From positions 3,641 through 67,640 of the forward strand of contig JAIOSV010000104.1 of assembly GCA_021107435.1 (NCBI GenBank): a DNA stretch of 64,000 nt, written 5' to 3'. Source of the stretch: Candidatus Sabulitectum sp. (GTDB lineage: Bacteria; Fermentibacterota; Fermentibacteria; Fermentibacterales; JCC-6). Each line of letters opens with the position of its first letter. Position 1 is the first letter of the stretch. Made by a program: the position numbers and the translations under genes. Positions 41,126 to 51,345 of this stretch are shown here, one piece after another. The notes under the pieces are model-generated. The model ran no database searches, had not been told where the DNA came from, and was given only the letters and a program-made list of their open reading frames with translations.

Positions 41126-42316
41126 ATGAGCTCTTTCGCTATCGGCCTGATCCTTATGGCTCTGATATCAGGGGATGCCCTGGTCATCAGCGGCGGGAAT
41201 CTGGCACACATCGACTCGGAAACAGGAACTGTTACTCCATCTGTGGGAACTCTCCACACATACCCCAATGATGTAACCATTCATGACGGGTTTGCCTTCG
41301 TTGTGAACTCAGGTGTTGACATCGGTACTCTTCAGAGATTTGAACTGGGAACATGGGCATTGACTGAGCTGGGAATCGGCTCCGGCTGGAACTGCTGGGC
41401 TTCGCTTCCGCTGGCAAACGGCAACCTGGCCGTTTCAGCCGCACTGAACAACTCTGTCTCAATAGTAAACCCCACTACGATGACAATTGTCTCTTCAATT
41501 GAAGGCGTTGGACCCAACCCGGAGTGGATGGACACTGAAAATAATCTGCTTTATGCGGCCTGCGGAGGCTGGGGTACAGGAGAATCAGTGGTTGTTGTAA
41601 ACATTACAACAGGATCAACAATTGATACACTGACTGCTGCCACCAACTGTCAATCGCTTGTCTGCAACGGAGACGGAAAGCTTTTCGCAACCTGCAGCGG
41701 CACATACGGCAATGATGAAGGCAGTATTGTGGTCATTGATCTGTCAACAGGAGGCACAATAGTTGAACTCGAAGTTGGAGGATTCCCCGGATACAGCACA
41801 GCCGCAAACGGTATTCTCTATCTATCAGACCCGTGGGACGCAGGCGTGTACTCCATTGACATGAACACTCTTGAAATCCTTCACGATTCCACTGATCCAT
41901 TCTGCTCCGGCGGAGACGGCATGGCTGTGGATGACAGTGGCTACCTGTGGATATCCGATGGGATGAATGGAGAAGTAAGAGTATATGACACAACCGAAAC
42001 CCTTGTTCAAACCTACTCTGTAACTTCACCGGCAGCCATTGCAGTAAGCGGTTCCTGGCTGGGTATTGAAGACGGCATCGTTGAAACCGGAATCTCAATT
42101 TCAGTATATCCCAACCCGGCAGTAAATGTTATCACTGTGTCAGGAGCAGCTCCAGGAGAAAGAGTAAGACTCTTTGACATCACAGGTAGAATCGCTGCTG
42201 AATCAATCGCCGAAGATAATGGCACAAGCACAATAGACATCTCCAGCCTCACAACAGGCCTGTACACAGTGAACAGCGGTACCTCAAACACCAGATTCGC
42301 GGTAACAGGGAAATGA
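41126..42316 (+). CDS. YncE/BtuG-like beta-propeller with T9SS-type C-terminal sorting domain
   Basis: Signal peptide MSSFAIGLILMAL; propeller repeats; C-terminal VYPNPA...LFDITGR...IDISSLTTGLY; directly under cobalamin riboswitch. Confidence 0.8.
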   Translation: MSSFAIGLILMALISGDALVISGGNLAHIDSETGTVTPSVGTLHTYPNDVTIHDGFAFVVNSGVDIGTLQRFELGTWALTELGIGSGWNCWASLPLANGNLAVSAALNNSVSIVNPTTMTIVSSIEGVGPNPEWMDTENNLLYAACGGWGTGESVVVVNITTGSTIDTLTAATNCQSLVCNGDGKLFATCSGTYGNDEGSIVVIDLSTGGTIVELEVGGFPGYSTAANGILYLSDPWDAGVYSIDMNTLEILHDSTDPFCSGGDGMAVDDSGYLWISDGMNGEVRVYDTTETLVQTYSVTSPAAIAVSGSWLGIEDGIVETGISISVYPNPAVNVITVSGAAPGERVRLFDITGRIAAESIAEDNGTSTIDISSLTTGLYTVNSGTSNTRFAVTGK

Positions 42317-43110
42317 TTCCTCTGATGCTGCTCTGCATGATAGCCGATCCATGGGCTGATGCTTCTCCGGCAGTTGAGTATGGACCGGGGGCAGGCTACG
42401 GCCAGTCATATTACCCTGACAACGTTCTGGGGCCCCCGGATTCGACAGCAACTCCAACTTTTCCTTCATTTGGAGAAAATAACCTTCTCACGCTTGGTAC
42501 AGATGGATGGGTTGTACTGGAGTTCACCGATAACAGCATCATCAACGGCTCCGGAGCTGATTTTACTGTTTTCGAGAATGTCATGGAGACAGGATCAGGA
42601 TACTTTCAGGAATGTGCTTTTGTAGAAGTCAGCCAGGATGGAGAGTACTGGATCCAGTTCCCGTGGAACGCAACCACCCTTGAGGGACTTGCCGGTGTAA
42701 TGCCCACCACAGGAGAAGACCCCACAAACCCCGCGATCTCCGGCGGAGATCAGTTCAATCTTGATGATGTGGGACTGGACCTGATCCGCTTTGTCAGACT
42801 GACTGACTGCGGTGATGCTGTTGCTGACGGCGGTCTTTTCGATCTTGACGCGGTTGCCGCAGTAAACTGGATTGAGGGAAGCACCTCGAATCCGCTTCCC
42901 CTGTCTATCACCTCTCCATTCTCATCCAGCTTCACGGTTAACAGCACAGAAACAGGTATACTGTTCTGCTATACAATTGATGGAAGAATTGCAAACCAGT
43001 GGTCAGTCAGCGGACAGCCTGTAACACTGAACGCGTCCAACCTTCCGGCAGGTGTACTGTTCTTTGTTCTGAATGAGTCATCTTTCTCTGCTGTGAAACT
43101 TCTGCTTTGA
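42313..43110 (+). CDS. Secreted cell-surface protein (BtuH-like motif), degenerate T9SS-type CTD
   Basis: VLGPP, TLG.DGWVVLEF.DNSIING.GADFTVFEN, VEVSQDG..W, FDLDAV; C-terminal YTIDGR...LPAGV. Confidence 0.65.
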   Translation: MIPLMLLCMIADPWADASPAVEYGPGAGYGQSYYPDNVLGPPDSTATPTFPSFGENNLLTLGTDGWVVLEFTDNSIINGSGADFTVFENVMETGSGYFQECAFVEVSQDGEYWIQFPWNATTLEGLAGVMPTTGEDPTNPAISGGDQFNLDDVGLDLIRFVRLTDCGDAVADGGLFDLDAVAAVNWIEGSTSNPLPLSITSPFSSSFTVNSTETGILFCYTIDGRIANQWSVSGQPVTLNASNLPAGVLFFVLNESSFSAVKLLL

Positions 43111-43132
43111 GAAGTCTTCTGAAGCACTTCAT

Positions 43133-43172
43133 TGATAAAGCTGAGAGAAATCTTTCTCTCTCAGCTTTATCA
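43133..43172 (+). terminator. Hairpin ending the B12-regulated operon
   Basis: 16-bp perfect inverted repeat tgataaagctgagaga / tctctcagctttatca. Confidence 0.6.
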
Positions 43173-43356
43173 TAACCTTAACACATCTGCTGTTATGGAC
43201 TAACAGACAAGCCTGTAGCTCGGGAAAACCGGATCAGAGGAAAGCTCCCAGAATGTTGACTCGTTCAAACAGATTTCTTAGTTTCGATAATGATCTTTAA
43301 AGAAACAAAGTATTTCATTGAAAATTGATGTTTTTTCGTATCGGGCGGTTTAATGT

Positions 43357-44295
43357 ATGAAGGCTGAAGCAACGCGGAATCGTCATATTCTTGTCACGGG
43401 TATTCACAGAAGCGGAACCACTTTTGTGGGGGAAATGCTCTCTTCGGCACCGAATACCGGATATGTACAGGAGCCTTTCAACCCGGATCTTGGTATAGAG
43501 GGCATTGATATCTGGTATCCTTATGTTCGGAATGGTATTGTACAGGAAAAATACTATAGCGATCTAGTCAATCTAATAATCTCAGGCCACGCAAAATACA
43601 AAAACAGATCAAGGTTTGGAGGCGGCTTTTTCAGGACAATTGGGAAAAAAATGTTCGGAAGCAGAGACTACCTGCGCTACCTCGCTTCAACAAGGCTGCC
43701 TGGTTCCAGACGTCTGATTCTCAAGGATCCTCTTGCATCTTTATCCTCAGAATGGCTTCACCGAAAGTTCGGAATGGATGTGCTCATACTTCTCAGACAT
43801 CCTGCTGGTTTCGTTGACAGTACAATGAGACTGGGCTGGGACTTCGACTTCTCCAACCTGACTGCGCAAACTCCGCTCATGGAAGATTACCTCCGTGAAA
43901 TACTGGCTTCATTTGATACAACTTCAATGCAACCATGGCAGAGGGGAGCACTGCTCTGGCAATGCATTTATTCTGTTCTGGATGTTTTTGCGAATCGTAA
44001 TCCAGGCATAAAAATAATCAGACTGGAAGACCTCTCCCTAAATCCGGAAGAAAAGTTCCTGGAAATACATGAATTCACTGCGCTGCCATTCACGAAAAAG
44101 TCTCTCCGTACTATCAGAAAGTCAACAGCCTCCAGCAATCCTGTGAAGGCCCCGGGGGGACAGGTACATTTCCTCCGGAGAAACAGCAGCAAGTCGGTAG
44201 ATGTCTGGAGAAAATCTCTTGATGAAACCACTATTGCCGGGATAAGAAAACTCGCAGGTCCCCCGGCAGAAAAATACTACGGGAAAGACTGGTAA
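43357..44295 (+). CDS. Sulfotransferase family protein
   Basis: TGIHRSGTT PAPS-binding loop, EPFNP, LKDP, LRHPAGFVDS. Confidence 0.88.
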   Translation: MKAEATRNRHILVTGIHRSGTTFVGEMLSSAPNTGYVQEPFNPDLGIEGIDIWYPYVRNGIVQEKYYSDLVNLIISGHAKYKNRSRFGGGFFRTIGKKMFGSRDYLRYLASTRLPGSRRLILKDPLASLSSEWLHRKFGMDVLILLRHPAGFVDSTMRLGWDFDFSNLTAQTPLMEDYLREILASFDTTSMQPWQRGALLWQCIYSVLDVFANRNPGIKIIRLEDLSLNPEEKFLEIHEFTALPFTKKSLRTIRKSTASSNPVKAPGGQVHFLRRNSSKSVDVWRKSLDETTIAGIRKLAGPPAEKYYGKDW

Positions 44296-44368
44296 CTGAC
44301 AGGCTTCATCCTGTTCCTGCGTATGAATTCGCAGCCTTTCGAATTGCAAAACAATAGCTGCATCACAG

Positions 44369-45796
44369 ATGAAAGGTCTTGATATGAAACAGATATTTCT
44401 TGAGACGGGTGTACTTATGCTCATTTGCATGCTGGTGGCCTGCGGGTCTGCTGAGCAGATAAATTCAGACTTCCCGGGCACCTGGGATGGTTTTATCGCA
44501 ATCAATGGTATGGTGTTGGATATAAACGTCTGTATCATCATTGATGAACAGGAAACATACCACGCAAGCATTGATATCCCGGCACAATCGGCTTTCGGTC
44601 TGGAACTCGTGAATATCTGCGCTAATGGCGACAGTATTCGGTTCGCCCTGCCTTCCAGTCTGGGTGAAGCTTCGTTCGCGGGACTTCTGTGTGCAGATAT
44701 GATAACCGGCACCTTCAGCCAGAGAGACCTTCCGGGTTCTTTCGAGCTCCATCGCGTTTCAGGACTCTCAGAGGAAGAGCTTCCCTATACCGTTTCTGAA
44801 GTAACGATTACAGAAGGGAATGTTTCTCTGGCGGGTACACTTACCATTCCACAGGGCGAGGTACCCTTTCCAGGTGTGATTCTTTTTACCGGAAGCGGTC
44901 TTCAGGACAGGGATGAAAATGTCATGGGCTTCAGGGTGTTCGGGAAACTTGCTGATCATCTTACACGGTCGGGTATCGCAGTTCTTCGCTGTGATGACCG
45001 CGGCTACGGCATGTCCGTTGGTGCAATTGACCATCTCACTGATTCTGTATTAGCCTGCGATGCCTCTCTCATGCTTGATTTTATGTTTTCTCAGCCGAAG
45101 GTTGATTCGGGCTGCATTGGCATACTGGGACACAGCGAAGGCTCCACTGTGGCATTTATAATGGCCAACTCAAGACCGAATGATGTTGCTTTCGTAATCA
45201 GCATGGCAGGTCCCTCCATAAGCGGCTACCAGGTGCTGCTGGGTCAGGTTGAAGCGCTCAGCCGCCAGGCGGGACTCACCGAAGAAGAGGTTGCCGGAAA
45301 AGTCGAATTACAGAAACAGATCATGAATATCATACTTGAAGGGAATGACCACTCCCGACTTGAAAACCTGCTGCGATCTGAGACAATCGAGTCACTGGAA
45401 AACCTCTCTGAAGCAGATCTTTCAGCAATTGGTGACTTTAATGCCTATGTAGAAAACACCGTTGCTCAGACAATTATCCAGGTTGAATCAGACTGGTTCC
45501 TGAACTTTCTTCAACACGATCCCACCCACGAGATATCTGCAGTATCCTGCCCGGTACTGGTCCTGTACGGCGAGCTTGATGTACAGGTTCCTCCTGACAG
45601 AAATCTGGAGCCCATGCAAACTGCTCTTGCAGCAAATCCCTTTGCGACGGTGATGATGTTTGATGGTGCCAACCACCTGTTCCAGGCTGCGATTACCGGT
45701 AGTGTGGATGAGTATTCGATACTGGAACCGGAATTCACTGATGGATTCGAGTCAACCGTGTCTGAGTGGATACTGGAAGTGTCCAGTCTGCAATAA
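44369..45796 (+). CDS. Alpha/beta hydrolase lipoprotein
   Basis: Lipobox LVAC; GSGLQDRDE, GHSEG nucleophile, GELDVQV, NHLFQ. Confidence 0.88.
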   Translation: MKGLDMKQIFLETGVLMLICMLVACGSAEQINSDFPGTWDGFIAINGMVLDINVCIIIDEQETYHASIDIPAQSAFGLELVNICANGDSIRFALPSSLGEASFAGLLCADMITGTFSQRDLPGSFELHRVSGLSEEELPYTVSEVTITEGNVSLAGTLTIPQGEVPFPGVILFTGSGLQDRDENVMGFRVFGKLADHLTRSGIAVLRCDDRGYGMSVGAIDHLTDSVLACDASLMLDFMFSQPKVDSGCIGILGHSEGSTVAFIMANSRPNDVAFVISMAGPSISGYQVLLGQVEALSRQAGLTEEEVAGKVELQKQIMNIILEGNDHSRLENLLRSETIESLENLSEADLSAIGDFNAYVENTVAQTIIQVESDWFLNFLQHDPTHEISAVSCPVLVLYGELDVQVPPDRNLEPMQTALAANPFATVMMFDGANHLFQAAITGSVDEYSILEPEFTDGFESTVSEWILEVSSLQ

Positions 45797-45803
45797 CACA
45801 AAC

Positions 45804-47012
45804 TTACCTTTTAAGTAAAGCCCTTATGAATGCATCTCCCCGTATGGTTCCCAGACTTCCACTGTCAGTACTGATCTCATCATAACGCATTACATCATCA
45901 GGTTCTTCTCCGGGAAGATAGATCAGGAACGGCACAGGATCATGAACATGTGTTCTGATATCACATGGTGTTCCGTGATCGGGAGTGATACCGATTGCTA
46001 CATCCTCTTCCATCTTTTCAGTTTCTTCCATGATGAACTTGACAATCCGTCTGTCCAGATATTCAATTGTCCTTATCTTCAGATTCACATCACCCTCGTG
46101 CCCTGCCTCATCCGTTGCCTCGACGTGAAGGTAAACGAAGTCGTAGTCACCCTTCAGAGCATCAATGGCAGCCTGAGCCTTGCCCTCGTAGTTCGTGTCG
46201 TAGAGGCCTGTAGCGCCTTCAACCTCAATAACATCAAGCCCTGCATAAATGCCAAGACCCTTAACCAGATCCACAGCAGAAATCACTGCACCTCTGATAC
46301 CGTACAGATCAGAAAGCGTTCTCATCTGAGGCTTGTAACCGGGAGACCAGAACCACACTGAATTCGCCGGATCTTTTCCTTCAGCAATACGTTTCAAATT
46401 AACCGGATGATCTTTCAATATCTCCTGTGATTTCAGTATCAACTCGTTAAGGACATCAGCGGTCTTTTCACCTTCAGGTTTTGTGGCTGTAATCATTACA
46501 TCGGCAAAAGCCGTTCCGGGAACATCGTGAGGTGGAGTACAGTAAACAGAATCGTTACCGTTTTTCAAAACAAACAGATGTCTGTAGCTTATACCGGGAT
46601 GAAAAACAACAGATTCAGATCCCAGATGTTCCCGCAGGGAATCGATCAGTTTGTGTGATTCCTCTGTGCTTATGTGTCCTGCCGAGTGGTTCCTGATTAT
46701 TCCGTTCTCTATACAGATAAGGTTGCATCTCATTGCCAGATCGGTAGTATCCAGCTTAACCCCCATACTGGCCGCTTCCAGCACACCCCTGCCCTGAAAT
46801 ACCTCAGCGGGATCGTATCCCAGTACCGAGAGGTTGGCCACTGCGCTTCCAGGAGGCATATCAGAGGGAACTGTGGCAAACTTTCCACACTTCCCCCGAG
46901 CGCACAGGAAATCAATGTTTGGTATGTCTGCTGCCATTAACGGCGTTTTCCCGCCGAGACTCTCGATGGGACGGTCGGACATCCCGTCTCCCAGAATGAT
47001 GATATACTTCAT
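45804..47012 (-). CDS. apgM: ApgM-family cofactor-independent phosphoglycerate mutase-like protein (proposed homoserine kinase subfamily)
   Basis: GDGMSD, PGSAVANL, HVEATDEAGH, PDHGTP, THVHDPVP; near thrC. Confidence 0.88.
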   Translation of the reverse strand: MKYIIILGDGMSDRPIESLGGKTPLMAADIPNIDFLCARGKCGKFATVPSDMPPGSAVANLSVLGYDPAEVFQGRGVLEAASMGVKLDTTDLAMRCNLICIENGIIRNHSAGHISTEESHKLIDSLREHLGSESVVFHPGISYRHLFVLKNGNDSVYCTPPHDVPGTAFADVMITATKPEGEKTADVLNELILKSQEILKDHPVNLKRIAEGKDPANSVWFWSPGYKPQMRTLSDLYGIRGAVISAVDLVKGLGIYAGLDVIEVEGATGLYDTNYEGKAQAAIDALKGDYDFVYLHVEATDEAGHEGDVNLKIRTIEYLDRRIVKFIMEETEKMEEDVAIGITPDHGTPCDIRTHVHDPVPFLIYLPGEEPDDVMRYDEISTDSGSLGTIRGDAFIRALLKR

Positions 47013-47210
47013 GATGTTCCTTGTCAGGGGACATGCAGATACCTGCAATCCCGAAATTTGCTTAGTTGCTACAGATTGCTTTCTTCTTCATCCCAAAGAT
47101 AACCCTACTTACCAGAGTAGCCAAGCGATTCGAGCTGACCGTTGACCGGTAGAATCCCCAGCTGTATTGTGTCAGGCTGGATATTTTCGGAATTCATAAC
47201 GGAGGTGTGT

Positions 47211-48251
47211 ATGGGACTCGAGGAAAAGGTAAGGGCACTTTTGGAAGATGCTCAATTGAAAGAACGCAAGGCTGTACCAGATGCTCTTCAGAACATTACC
47301 AAAGAACGGGTAAGGCTTATTCTCACACTAATTGATCGCTGCACTGACGACATGGTAGATACTGTTTTTGCACTGCTTGATGATCAGCAATCAAGTTGGT
47401 TTCCGAAAGCAGACCCAAGCTTGAAATTCTGTGATGGTGCTTCAATAGGTCACATCGGTGCCCATATCGGTATTCTTCAAAGGGGTAATACAAGAAAGCT
47501 GGATCGCGAGGGCAGAGATTACTGGGTCAAGCCCTTGTGTGAAGTGGGAGCTGTTCAACGCGTGATATTATTGAGCGATACGGGATACTTCATCTCAGGC
47601 CATCCAATTGCAAAATCACCGAATAGCGCCTACCGTTTGGATAAAGAATTCATGGAATTGCTAAAAACCCCCGGCGATAAACTTGATGAAGAAGTTCGTG
47701 CCTGGATCGAGGAAGACTCCGTGCGCAAGCGTCTCAAACTTCAGGCTCTAATGGCGGTGAAAGCCAGTCGTCAGATTGATAAGAAGCATGCAACACTCAT
47801 TAGCACATGTATAGACGTATATATGAAGAGCTTCTTACCTGGGTTCGAAGTACTGTATGTCGACGATCAAGATGGTAATAGAATAACCAAAGATGCTCAA
47901 GCAAAGCTTAAAAAAGCCGGGTTGGAACTTATACTGGGAGATGCCATGCCAGATGTTCTCCTCTGGAAGACAGGAACGGCATTCTTCTGGGTTGTTGAGG
48001 CAGTAACCAGCGATGGCGAAGTTGATCTCTCAAAAGTCACATTGATTAAAAGATTTCTGCAACGAACTCTTCCAGATGCAAAGGTCGGATTCACTACCGC
48101 CTACCGGCACTGGCGAGACGTGGCACGGCGGCAAGGCAAGTACAAAAATCTGGCTCCAAATACTTACCTATGGGTTCAGGAAGACCCTTCAAAACACTTC
48201 CAGATAGTTACTTTTGACGATCAGAGCCACAGTCATCTCACCTTTTGTTAA
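47211..48251 (+). CDS. BsuBI/PstI-family type II restriction endonuclease
   Basis: KSPNSAY, MPDVLL...VVEAVTSDGEVD, FTTAY; GGAGG RBS before ATG 47211. Confidence 0.82.
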   Translation: MGLEEKVRALLEDAQLKERKAVPDALQNITKERVRLILTLIDRCTDDMVDTVFALLDDQQSSWFPKADPSLKFCDGASIGHIGAHIGILQRGNTRKLDREGRDYWVKPLCEVGAVQRVILLSDTGYFISGHPIAKSPNSAYRLDKEFMELLKTPGDKLDEEVRAWIEEDSVRKRLKLQALMAVKASRQIDKKHATLISTCIDVYMKSFLPGFEVLYVDDQDGNRITKDAQAKLKKAGLELILGDAMPDVLLWKTGTAFFWVVEAVTSDGEVDLSKVTLIKRFLQRTLPDAKVGFTTAYRHWRDVARRQGKYKNLAPNTYLWVQEDPSKHFQIVTFDDQSHSHLTFC

Positions 48252-49807
48252 GAATCTGGTGGTGAATGAAGTAGAGTTCTGACTACTTCATCAATTTCGT
48301 ACTGGGATAAAGGCATTCGATCTACTGCTATTTTCCCCATTTGCTCAAGAGTTACACGATTGGGATAGCGAAATGTTCTCAGGTCAGTAGCATTGACCTG
48401 CGTATGCCCATTGAATTGTCTGAAAAAAAGATCTACTGGAGTACTATTTAAAAATACTGAAAGACCAAACGTGAATTCCCTGTCTAAACCCTTGCCACCT
48501 GCATGATAGTAGTTAATATGGTTCTCAACCCCAATCCTCTCGGCATTCAGCCTGGTTGGATCATAGACCACCGCAACGACACGACGACGCTCCTCTTTTG
48601 AACTGAATCGTTTTACCAGAACATAATATCCCTTAGGAATCAGCAAAGAACGAGAATCAGTACAATCGAGAATAGCGTTTGGTTTTTTCCCCTCCAGTTT
48701 TGGCCAATTTACCAAACCCGAAGAAAAATGGCAGGGGTAAATAAGCGGAACCGTGCTATTCTCCGGTTTCTGGAGCAGGTACTTTTTAGCACGGAAATCA
48801 ATAACCCTGCCAGTAGACACCACAATTCCAAGATCACCCAGCGTAGCCGGAAGAGAAAACATCCATTCGGCTAAAACTGCATCTGAAGATCCAGTTGGCA
48901 GATAAATAAATGTATCCCCGTTTGAAGATCGTACAACCTCTTCATAGGAAGCAATATTAGATGTTATCGGGTTAACTCCCTTTTTGCTCAATGAGACTTG
49001 AATTGGATCACCTGTTGGTTTTGCTTTAACTGCATGAACAATGATATTCTCTTGAAGTACTCCATCATCGCCAAAAGCATCTTTTCTTGAATCAAAAACA
49101 TGAATCCGCTTCAAGGTCATCTCGGAAAGTAATTGCTTACGAAACAGCCTGAAATATGGACCGTTGCAGAAACTTCGAGGTAAAATTGCAACGAGCTGAC
49201 CACCTGGTCTCAAAAGTCGAATAGACAAGGCGACAAAAGCAGCGTATAAGTTTGTTGCGTCCAATCCAATTGATTGAAGCAGGAGACGCTCACGGGATTG
49301 TGCTCTAATCTTCTTGTAAGGCGGATTAAGAATTGCGGCATCAAATTCTAACGAGCATTCACTAAATAATCCGGCGTTCAAGGCACTGACAGCTGTTTCA
49401 ATAAAATCATTATGTCGAAAGTCAGATTTAAATAAGATGTTTTCACGCTCTGCAATCGATACACAATCTTTCAAGGTTTCCTCAAGGTGTCGAAATAGAA
49501 CATCATTCAATTCGAAGGCAGTACTATGAATGGAGTCAACCTTTTTATGCCGAGAACAACACTCTTTGACAAAAGCGGCGGTAAGACTACCTGTTCCTGC
49601 TCCTGCGTCCAGAACCCTTACTGCTTCTGGAAAATCATCAAACATTTCAGCCATGAGGCAGGCAATATTCATGGGAGTCATAAATTGCCCATGAGTACTC
49701 CTTCCGGCACGATCAAGTTCAACAATCGTTGAATGTCTGCGCTTCTCTGCTTGAACAATTGTATTCGCAACGGTTGCTGCACCAAGAGCTTCTCCCCCGG
49801 AAACCAC
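48248..49807 (-). CDS. N6-adenine DNA methyltransferase (BsuBI/PstI, Eco57I-like gamma class)
   Basis: GQFMTP, LDAGAGTG, ILNPPY, PRSFCNGPYF, RQFNGHTQVNATDL. Confidence 0.92.
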   Translation of the reverse strand: MVSGGEALGAATVANTIVQAEKRRHSTIVELDRAGRSTHGQFMTPMNIACLMAEMFDDFPEAVRVLDAGAGTGSLTAAFVKECCSRHKKVDSIHSTAFELNDVLFRHLEETLKDCVSIAERENILFKSDFRHNDFIETAVSALNAGLFSECSLEFDAAILNPPYKKIRAQSRERLLLQSIGLDATNLYAAFVALSIRLLRPGGQLVAILPRSFCNGPYFRLFRKQLLSEMTLKRIHVFDSRKDAFGDDGVLQENIIVHAVKAKPTGDPIQVSLSKKGVNPITSNIASYEEVVRSSNGDTFIYLPTGSSDAVLAEWMFSLPATLGDLGIVVSTGRVIDFRAKKYLLQKPENSTVPLIYPCHFSSGLVNWPKLEGKKPNAILDCTDSRSLLIPKGYYVLVKRFSSKEERRRVVAVVYDPTRLNAERIGVENHINYYHAGGKGLDREFTFGLSVFLNSTPVDLFFRQFNGHTQVNATDLRTFRYPNRVTLEQMGKIAVDRMPLSQYEIDEVVRTLLHSPPDS

Positions 49808-49947
49808 TATCGAAAAACCTCCTGTTCTTTCAATATCTTAACCTCTAATATCACAAAAAACTCCAATATGCAAGTCTCTGAATTGATGAAATTGAAATCA
49901 TAGAGCAGTCGGGCATGCAGCAAGCTGCATGCCCACAGATATTACTT

Positions 49948-51345
49948 TTAATAATTGTTCTTCAGGAATTCTTTGAAAGCCCTGTATCCTGTTGGAAGGT
50001 GTTCGTATGACTCTTTCTTTTCTTCAAGCCCCTGCAGGCTTGGCGGTAACTTCGGATCAAAAGAGAGGATCTCCCTTATCTTCTCCGGGAACTTAGCGGG
50101 ATGAGCCGTTTCCAGAGATATGCAGAGCTGGTTTTTGTTCACCTCTTCATCTTCGAGATAACGCTGCAGTCCGGCCCAGCCAACGGAACCATGGGGTTCA
50201 AGAAGAAGCCCATGCTCTTTATATGCATCGCTTATCATAACTTCAGTATCTGTATCGCTAATACTTACTGCATACATATCTTTCCTGATGAGATCCATAT
50301 CAGGTGCATTACTAATTGAACCGTTCTCGTCCATGTTCCCGCCGTACAGTTGAACCAGTCTGGGTATATTGCTTGGGTGTCCCACGTTCATCGCGCTGGA
50401 TATGCAGTTGAGAGATGGTTCGATTTTTTCATAAACACCTGATTTGACAAACTTCGGAAACTCATCATTCTCATTTGTAGCAACCACAAACTTTTTAACA
50501 GGCAGCCCCATGTTCTTCGCAATAAGGCCACCGCAGAGGTCGCCGAAATTCCCGGAAGGTACCGAGAAAACAACCTGCTCGCCCGGATCTCCCGACCGAA
50601 GCTTTGCGAAAGAATAGAAGTAATACATCGTCTGCGGAATAAGTCGTCCGATGTTGATTGAATTCGCCGATGACAGGTTCAGATAATCCAGTTCAGAATC
50701 ACCAAAAGCCTGCTTTACCAGCGTCTGACAATCGTCAAACTTACCGTCGAGAGCCACTATTGAAACATTCTTCCCGAGGGTTGTCATCTGCTTGCGCTGA
50801 CGGGCTGTTACTTCTTTCTCCGGAAACAGCACCAGAACCTTCACATTGTTCAATCCGTAGAAAGCGTTTGCGATGGCGCTTCCGGTATCCCCGGAGGTTG
50901 CGGTAAGAATCAGCAGTTTCCCGTTGTTTCTGTTCAGGAAATACTGCATGAGGCGCCCCATCATTCTCGCGGCGAAATCTTTAAAGGATGCGGTCGGGCC
51001 CTGATCCAGTCTCATGATGTAGTTATTGTTGTAGACATGTTCAAGAGGTATTTCGTAATTGTATGCGTCCATGACTATGCGCTTAAGGTCTTCATCCGGA
51101 ATCTCACCAGCAAGAAATCTCCTGCTTACCTCAAAAGCAATCTCATAGTACTGAGCATCTGAGAACTTGAGGATTTCCTCCGGGGTCAGCCGGGGTATCT
51201 CTTCAGGCATGTAGAGGCCACCGTCAGGCGCTATTCCCTTAAGAAGAGCCTGCTCAAAAGAAACCGCAGGTGCTCTTCGATTCGTTGATCTGAAAAGTAT
51301 CTTTCTGTTATCCATTCCAAGTCCCTTGCTTAGTTCTGCCGTCAC
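49948..51345 (-). CDS. thrC: Threonine synthase
   Basis: APDGGLYMP, GPTASFKDF, ATSGDTG, SANSINIGRL, VPSGNFG, ETAHPAKF; start may be ATG 51315. Confidence 0.95.
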   Translation of the reverse strand: MTAELSKGLGMDNRKILFRSTNRRAPAVSFEQALLKGIAPDGGLYMPEEIPRLTPEEILKFSDAQYYEIAFEVSRRFLAGEIPDEDLKRIVMDAYNYEIPLEHVYNNNYIMRLDQGPTASFKDFAARMMGRLMQYFLNRNNGKLLILTATSGDTGSAIANAFYGLNNVKVLVLFPEKEVTARQRKQMTTLGKNVSIVALDGKFDDCQTLVKQAFGDSELDYLNLSSANSINIGRLIPQTMYYFYSFAKLRSGDPGEQVVFSVPSGNFGDLCGGLIAKNMGLPVKKFVVATNENDEFPKFVKSGVYEKIEPSLNCISSAMNVGHPSNIPRLVQLYGGNMDENGSISNAPDMDLIRKDMYAVSISDTDTEVMISDAYKEHGLLLEPHGSVGWAGLQRYLEDEEVNKNQLCISLETAHPAKFPEKIREILSFDPKLPPSLQGLEEKKESYEHLPTGYRAFKEFLKNNY

